Below the pieces are notes generated by a model. That model was not told where the DNA came from and did not search any database. It saw nothing but the letters and a program-made list of their open reading frames with translations. Positions 53,711-64,000 of a stretch of 64,000 nucleotides of DNA are shown here, piece by piece (within the stretch, counting starts at the first letter, position 1; every line of letters starts with the position of its first letter). The position numbers and the translations under genes were made by a program. This stretch comes from the human T2T-CHM13v2.0 reference genome, Homo sapiens, in NCBI RefSeq assembly GCF_009914755.1, contig NC_060940.1; one strand, written 5' to 3'.

Positions 53711-54949
53711 TGACTTTAGTACTGCACCTAGACCTGGGCAAGAGGGGTCGCTGCTCCGAGCCTGCACCTCAGAAGGCCTGGCTCTGTCCACCCTGAGCCA
53801 CTCCCCACCCCAGGGGGTGAGGAAGCTCTGCAGCCAAGGGTTGAGGTGTCTGTGGGGTCAAGTGGAGGTGACCCATTTCTAGATGATACTCCAGGTACCT
53901 GGGGCTTCTGAATTCTTTGCTCAAATGGCCCTTCCAGGGCCTGTATGGCTGACTTCTGTGAGTCTGTCCCCCAAAAGGTGAGCTATACACCTGGTGAAGG
54001 CACCCTTGATCCCAGGGGTGGCCAACAGGCAGCTGTTATGGAGGGAGAAGTGTGTGGAAAGAGCTGGAGGGTGCGCTGCAGAGTCCACACACAACTCTGA
54101 GGGGTCCCCTTCCACGAGGGGCAGAGTCAGGAGAGAGAGACATCAGGAAGTGGAGGCTTCTTGTCCTTTGTGCCACAGATGTTTGGGGTGGTTGTGATAT
54201 TATCAGCCTTTGCAGTTTGGGTCCAGCATTTTCCAGCACATTTAATCCTGTCAGCTCGTGTGTGTGTTTGTGTGCGTGTGTGTGTGTGTATTTGTTGTGG
54301 GGGGGGTGTTGGGAAAAGGGGCTCAGCTTTTCCTTTTTACAGAGAGGGTAAGAAATGTGCCCCAGAATGTGACAACACATGATCCAAGCCCAGGCCTGTC
54401 TTTACTGCGAAGCCCTGCTCGGTCCTCACCCCGAGGTTGGACTTATCCTCATCTTTTCTCCTCCACCCTAATTTTTAACCGATGTGATCCTCTCTTTAGA
54501 AAGGGCTTCCCTTCCTCTCCATCCCCAGGAAAGGGGGAGCATAGTGTCTCGGGTGGTGGTGCCTACTGGGACTCATTTTGAGCCAACATGGAGCACTTCA
54601 AACGCGCTCCTTCCCAAGAAGCACACTGTTCATGGAAATTAAACACTCTGAGCAGGTGTCTGTCCATGCCTGCCCCTCTCAGGAGAGAGGGGCAGGGACT
54701 GCATGGGAGCTGAAATAAATGGTGGCAAATAAACCTCGGCACCCGTTAGCGACAGCTCCCAGAATTTAAAGGGACACGTAATCACTCCTAATACACATCC
54801 GGGGCAGAGAGCCAGATGTCGCTGATGGCGAAGAGCATTGTTGGCAGGGAGAGGAGCGTGCAGCCCCCAGCTCCCACTGACAGAGCTTGGGCCCGCTTCC
54901 CAAAGCATCTGTGTACTAACCCCAGCATCTTCCTCTTCCTCACTGTTAT

Positions 54950-55140
54950 CATCACCAAGATGCCTACTTTGTCCAGACTCAGATCTGTGCCCCTGGCTCC
55001 ATGCAAGGAGTCTTCATGGACCAGCTCATTTAAGCCTCTCAATAACCCAATCCAGTGGGAGCTGTCATCCCCATTTTGCAGATGAAGAAACTGAGGCTCA
55101 GAGAGGAGGAAAACTTGCCCAAAATTGTACACTAATTTGG
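54950..55140 (-). mobile_element. MIR SINE
   Basis: atccccattttgcagatgaagaaactgaggctcagagagg. Confidence 0.85.
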
Positions 55141-55759
55141 GGAAGAGATGGAAAGCTTGGTGTATGCAGGCTTGGGCTGCTCATTGTCCCAGGGCACATT
55201 GTCCTGGGAGGGTGAGCACATGGGAGCAGGGGCTGGTCACCCTAAGCTGCCCCCTCAGCCTCAGTATAACTTGCTTAAGGAGGGTGGGGCTGGGACATGC
55301 CAACCCCTGGGTCCTGTCTCTCCTGCAGCACAGTGTTGCTGGGACAGACCGGGTAGGAAGCCCTAGAGAATCATATTCACCTGGGCCTATTAGGGGACAT
55401 GGTTGTTAGCTCTGACCTGTGACTTGAGGGGCTCTGGGAAGGGGCTTCTGCTTCTGGATATCTTTCCTGAGGGATCCCAAGGGGGCACCAATGCCAAGTT
55501 GCTCTACTGGGTTAATCATCGCTTCTCTTGGCTCCTCTTTGAAAAAGCAATGAGTCTGGAGACACGGTTAGTCTCTGCCACCTTGCAGTGAGTTAATTTG
55601 CATTGACAGAAGCCTGAGGGCAGCATGGAAGCTCCTGGGCCCCTGGTAAAAACGAGGATGTGTGCCAAGAGGAAGGGAACAGACCTTCCCTGCATGTCTG
55701 GAAAGAAGGCTCTCAAGTTTGCCTTGGGGGCCGAAGCCCAAGCAGTAACAGTCACAAAA

Positions 55760-56045
55760 GACCACCTATTATATGATCCCATTAACAGGAAATGACCAGA
55801 AGAGGCAAAGCCACAGACACGGAAGTAGATTCGTGGTCGCCAGGGCCTGGGGAAAGTGGAATGAGGGGAGGAGTACGGGGGCAGAGATGAGGGGGGCATG
55901 GCTAAGGGGAATGGAGTTTCTTTTTGGGGTAATAAAAATCTAAAATTGATTGTCGTGATATGAATATACCAAAAACCTTTAAATTGTATACTTTAAATGG
56001 GTGAATCGCATAGCATGTGAATTACATCTTAATAAAGCTGTCATA
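55760..56045 (+). mobile_element. L1MB/L1ME-type 3' end
   Basis: acagacacggaagtagattcgtggtcgccagggcctgggg...aaatgggtgaat...tgtgaattacatcttaataaagctg. Confidence 0.8.
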
Positions 56046-56077
56046 TTTAAACAGCCCTAACCCTCTCCTCTTCCGTC

Positions 56078-56079
<2 letters not shown>

Positions 56080-56131
<52 letters not shown>
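56080..56131. repeat. (CA)n microsatellite
   Basis: Near-perfect CA run. Confidence 0.95.
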
Positions 56132-56449
56132 TAGAGCCCACAGGGCTAGGCCTGGGTAGTCTCAGGCGATTAGATCAGCTCAGGATGAACCCTGTTTTAT
56201 GCAGATATTAGGACCAGTGGCTGAAGCAGTACTCAAAATAGGTCTAGAAGGACAAGAAGAACAGCTCAGAGAAATTAGGTTCAGGAAGCAGGAGTGGCTC
56301 ACCCAAAGCTACGCAGCACATATGGACTTGAACTTGGACCCCATCTATGTACCCGCAGCTCTTCCTGTGACCCCAGGTGGGCCTGCCTCACCTGGACCTC
56401 AACCAAGACCTCATTAGATTTCCCACCAGGTACTTAAGCCTAAAAGAGC

Positions 56450-56736
56450 CAAGGGTGTCACGCCAGTAAGCCCAGCACATTGGAAGGCCAAGGTGGGCGG
56501 ATCACTTGAGGTCAGGAGTTCGAAACCAGCTTGGCCAATGTGGGGAAACCCCATCTTTACTAAAAATACAAAAATTGGCCGATTGTGGTGGCAGGAGCCT
56601 GTAATTCCAGCTACTTGGGAGGCTGAGGAAAAGAGTTGCTCGAACCTGGGAGACGAAGGTTGCAGTGAGCCGAGATCGCGCCACTGCACTCCAGCCTGGG
56701 AGATAAGAGTGAAACTCTGTCAAAAAAAAAAAAAAA
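56450..56736 (+). mobile_element. AluS element
   Basis: ggcggatcacttgaggtcaggagttcg...gagatcgcgccactgcactccagcctggg, with an A tail. Confidence 0.92.
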
Positions 56737-56984
56737 TGCCATGGGTAGGGAGAGGGGTCCATTCCAGCATTCCAGGCCTTGCTTCTTAGGAACGGGGTCA
56801 GTACAATGCCGATCTCCATCTTGCCAATGGAAAGAAAGGCAGCTTCGAGGAGTGAAAAGTTCCCACTCTGGCAGGGGCAGAGGTAGAATTTGGCAGGGGC
56901 AGAGGTAGAATTTGAACCCAGGTCCCTCGGCCTCTAAATGTCATGCAGCAGAGTTTCCTCTCTGGCCAAGAGGTTGCAGGCAGT

Positions 56985-57380
56985 GGCCTGCGTCACGCCC
57001 TCCCTTCCCCGGGCACTGCACCCACTCCGGGCCCTTTTGAAGGTGGCTATAAGTGGCTCCCGTTGGCGTGTGGGCCTGTCTGGGTGGGTAAGTAAGTGGC
57101 TTTGGTGACGAACGGGATGTCGGCCCTTCCCCCGTGCTATGTTTAGAAAGGTGTCAGCCCCAAAGTGGCCCGTCTCGGCGGTCACCCAGAAGGTAATCAC
57201 GAGTGTCTCTAAAACCCCATCTGTGACCTTTCTGCACTCAGACACGGGGGCCGCCAGCATCACCGGGCAGGGTGCGATGCGGCATGGCCCGCTGGCTTGT
57301 CCGGGAATGTGGCGTCCCCCAGACTGGGCAGAGGAGGAACCCAGGCAGAGGGCAGAGGCTCGGGAAAATGGGGCGTTCCC
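56985..57380. promoter_or_regulatory. Small orphan CpG-island-like block
   Basis: 24 CpGs counted in about 390 bp of GC-rich non-repeat sequence. Confidence 0.4.
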
Positions 57381-57457
57381 TCCCATTCCTTCTCCAAGTA
57401 CTCCTGAGGTCCTATGAGAGAACTCATGTGGAGAAGCCTCGGTGATCTTGTGTGCTG

Positions 57458-58310
57458 GCACACACACTCATGCACACAGACTCACACACACATTCACCGC
57501 CCAACACACATAAACCATACTCTCATACTTACACACACCACACACACACACACACACACTCATACACTCATCACACACCCACACACACACCACTCACATG
57601 CTCATACACACGCTCACACACACCACGCTCACACATACACATATTCACACATACCACACTCACATACACACTCGTATTCATACACACTCATGCGCACACA
57701 ACACAATGCACTCACACACACCATATACACACACACACCACACATACGCATGCACACATGCTTATACACTCACCACACATACACCACACACACACCAAAC
57801 TCACACACCGCACTCACATACATACGACACACAGTCACACATCACACACACCAGTCACATACTCACACCCCACACACACTCACACCCCACACACACACCA
57901 AACACACATACACACACCACACACACTCACCACACTCACACATACACATACACACACCACAGTCTCACACTGACCAAACTCACACCACACTCACATACAC
58001 GCACACCACACACCCACACACACTCGCACCACACACCCACATACCACACATACACCCCACACACACCCATACATTCACACACACCACACATTCACTCACA
58101 CATCACACACTCATACACTCACAAACACCACACACCACACACACACATCACAACACTCTCACACACACATACACACACCACACTGCCACTTATGACACAC
58201 TTACACACACACCTGTATGCTCACACGTTCCCAGGCACACTCTCATACACTCTCACCCATACACTCACACCCATGTGCTCACACACATGCGCACACACAC
58301 ACCCCCACAC
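57458..58310. repeat. Degenerate CA-rich low-complexity array, about 850 bp
   Basis: Continuous CA/CAT/CTCA/CCA units, nearly G-free on the + strand. Confidence 0.95.
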
Positions 58311-59129
58311 AGTCTTTAGGCATCAGTTTCCTCATAGAGTGGGGAAAGGAGGAGTTTAAAGTACATTTTACACAGCCCTTAGTATCTCAAATGCTTGATT
58401 AAAATTTCTTCTTTTTATATGGTTGGAAGTATTTAAGAAACTATAATAAAAACAAAATTTTTATTTACAAAAAATAAAAACAAGCAAAAGGTATGTTAAG
58501 GTATGTTTCCCAATTTAAACCTACTGGAGATCATTGAGGCATTATTATGTGCTGCCAAATAACTTTTTTTGGGGTGTGTGTGGGGGTGCAGGCTTTAAAA
58601 TAATATTTCTCCATGTCTTTGTTTAATTGATGTATATACTGAGATTACAAATTGAATTGTTAATAGAAGAATAAAACTGTTATCACTTGAAACTATTTTT
58701 CAGTGTGAATCAGAATGTGCTTCTGAATGAAGTGCAGGAAAAACAAATACTGAAGGGAATTACATATTGAGGCTGGCAAGACCCTGAATGAGGCCTTTGA
58801 AATTCCTAGTTTCAAATTTTGGCATTCATCCAGGGGTGTTATTCAAAATACTATAGCACTAGAAATGTCAAATTAGAATGGATTATGGCCTCCATGCTGC
58901 AGCTGGGTCCCAGGGTCCCTATCCTGTGCCAGGCATGAACCATTGAGATGCTGGGTTGTAGAGATGAGGGTTGATGGGGGAAGAAGTGAGGGTTTAAAAT
59001 AGATGGGGCACTGGGGGCTAGTTACGAATCAGGTATGAAAGTATTTAAATATTTTAGCAACTAGCAAGCTGTATCAGCACACACGAGGTGAATGTCCAGC
59101 CTGCATTCATTCAAGTGACTTTTCTTTTC

Positions 59130-59416
59130 TTAGTGATCTTTATCCTTATGAGTAATCTCTGCCTTTTAATTAGAGTGTTTAGTCCATCAACGTTTAATGA
59201 AAGTATTGGATATAGTTCGATTGAGTTCTACCACTTTATTATTTGTTTTCTCTGACCCTTGGGTTTTGTTTTCCTGTCCCTCTTTTTGCCTTCTTTTGTG
59301 TTATTCAAATATATTTTTAGAATTCAATTTTAACTTATCTATTGTCTTTTTAGCTATATATACCTTTTAGAATCACATTTTTAAGTGGTTGCTCTAAGCA
59401 TTTCAACATAATCCTT
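59130..59416 (-). mobile_element. Old L1M fragment
   Basis: aatctctgccttttaattagagtgtttagtccat...tttttaagtggttgctcta. Confidence 0.65.
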
Positions 59417-59570
59417 GCTATTGTGTAAATGTTTCTGCCGCCTCAAAATCCATATGTTGATATCCCAATCCCCCAAAAGATGGTATTAGGAGGTGGGGCT
59501 TTGAGAGGTAATTAGATCATGAGGGTTCTGCCCTCATGATCAGGATTAGTGTCCTTATAAAAAAGACCTC
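59417..59570 (+). mobile_element. MSTD/MLT1A-type MaLR LTR 5' half
   Basis: tgctattgtgtaaatgtt...atggtattaggaggtggggctttgagaggtaattagatcatgaggg. Confidence 0.8.

Positions 59571-64000
<4,430 letters not shown>

Noticed and set aside
57414-58359. 301-, 253- and 173-aa His/Thr-rich ORFs
   Set aside because: CA-rich low complexity has few stops in any frame.

Overview
Non-coding primate (most likely human) euchromatic DNA, intergenic or intronic, with no supportable protein-coding exon, RNA gene or CRISPR array. Repeat families below were recognised by eye from remembered consensus sequences, so subfamily labels are provisional. Roughly half the window is interspersed repeat: about 18 Alu copies or fragments, many MIR and L2 remnants, MaLR/ERVL solo LTRs (MLT1, MLT2, THE1, MST), DNA transposon fossils (MER6A, MER58A/B, MER33, MER20, MER5, MER81, MADE1, OldhAT1, Tip100 types) and L1 fragments, ending in a decayed L1PB-type element (59.7 kb to the window end). 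The long ORFs in the track come from microsatellites, Alu or L1. Features that the repeat list does not explain: (1) four separate local templated-insertion footprints, where 30-245 bp was copied from 1-2.3 kb away into old repeats, two of them inverted; (2) an old ~300 bp mitochondrial ND5 NUMT inside a MIR; (3) several repeat-free blocks rich in homeodomain, TCF, SOX and FOX motifs that look like developmental enhancers, plus a small CpG-island-like block at ~57 kb; (4) a switch in Alu orientation near 34 kb. I found no evidence for a novel gene-encoded system.
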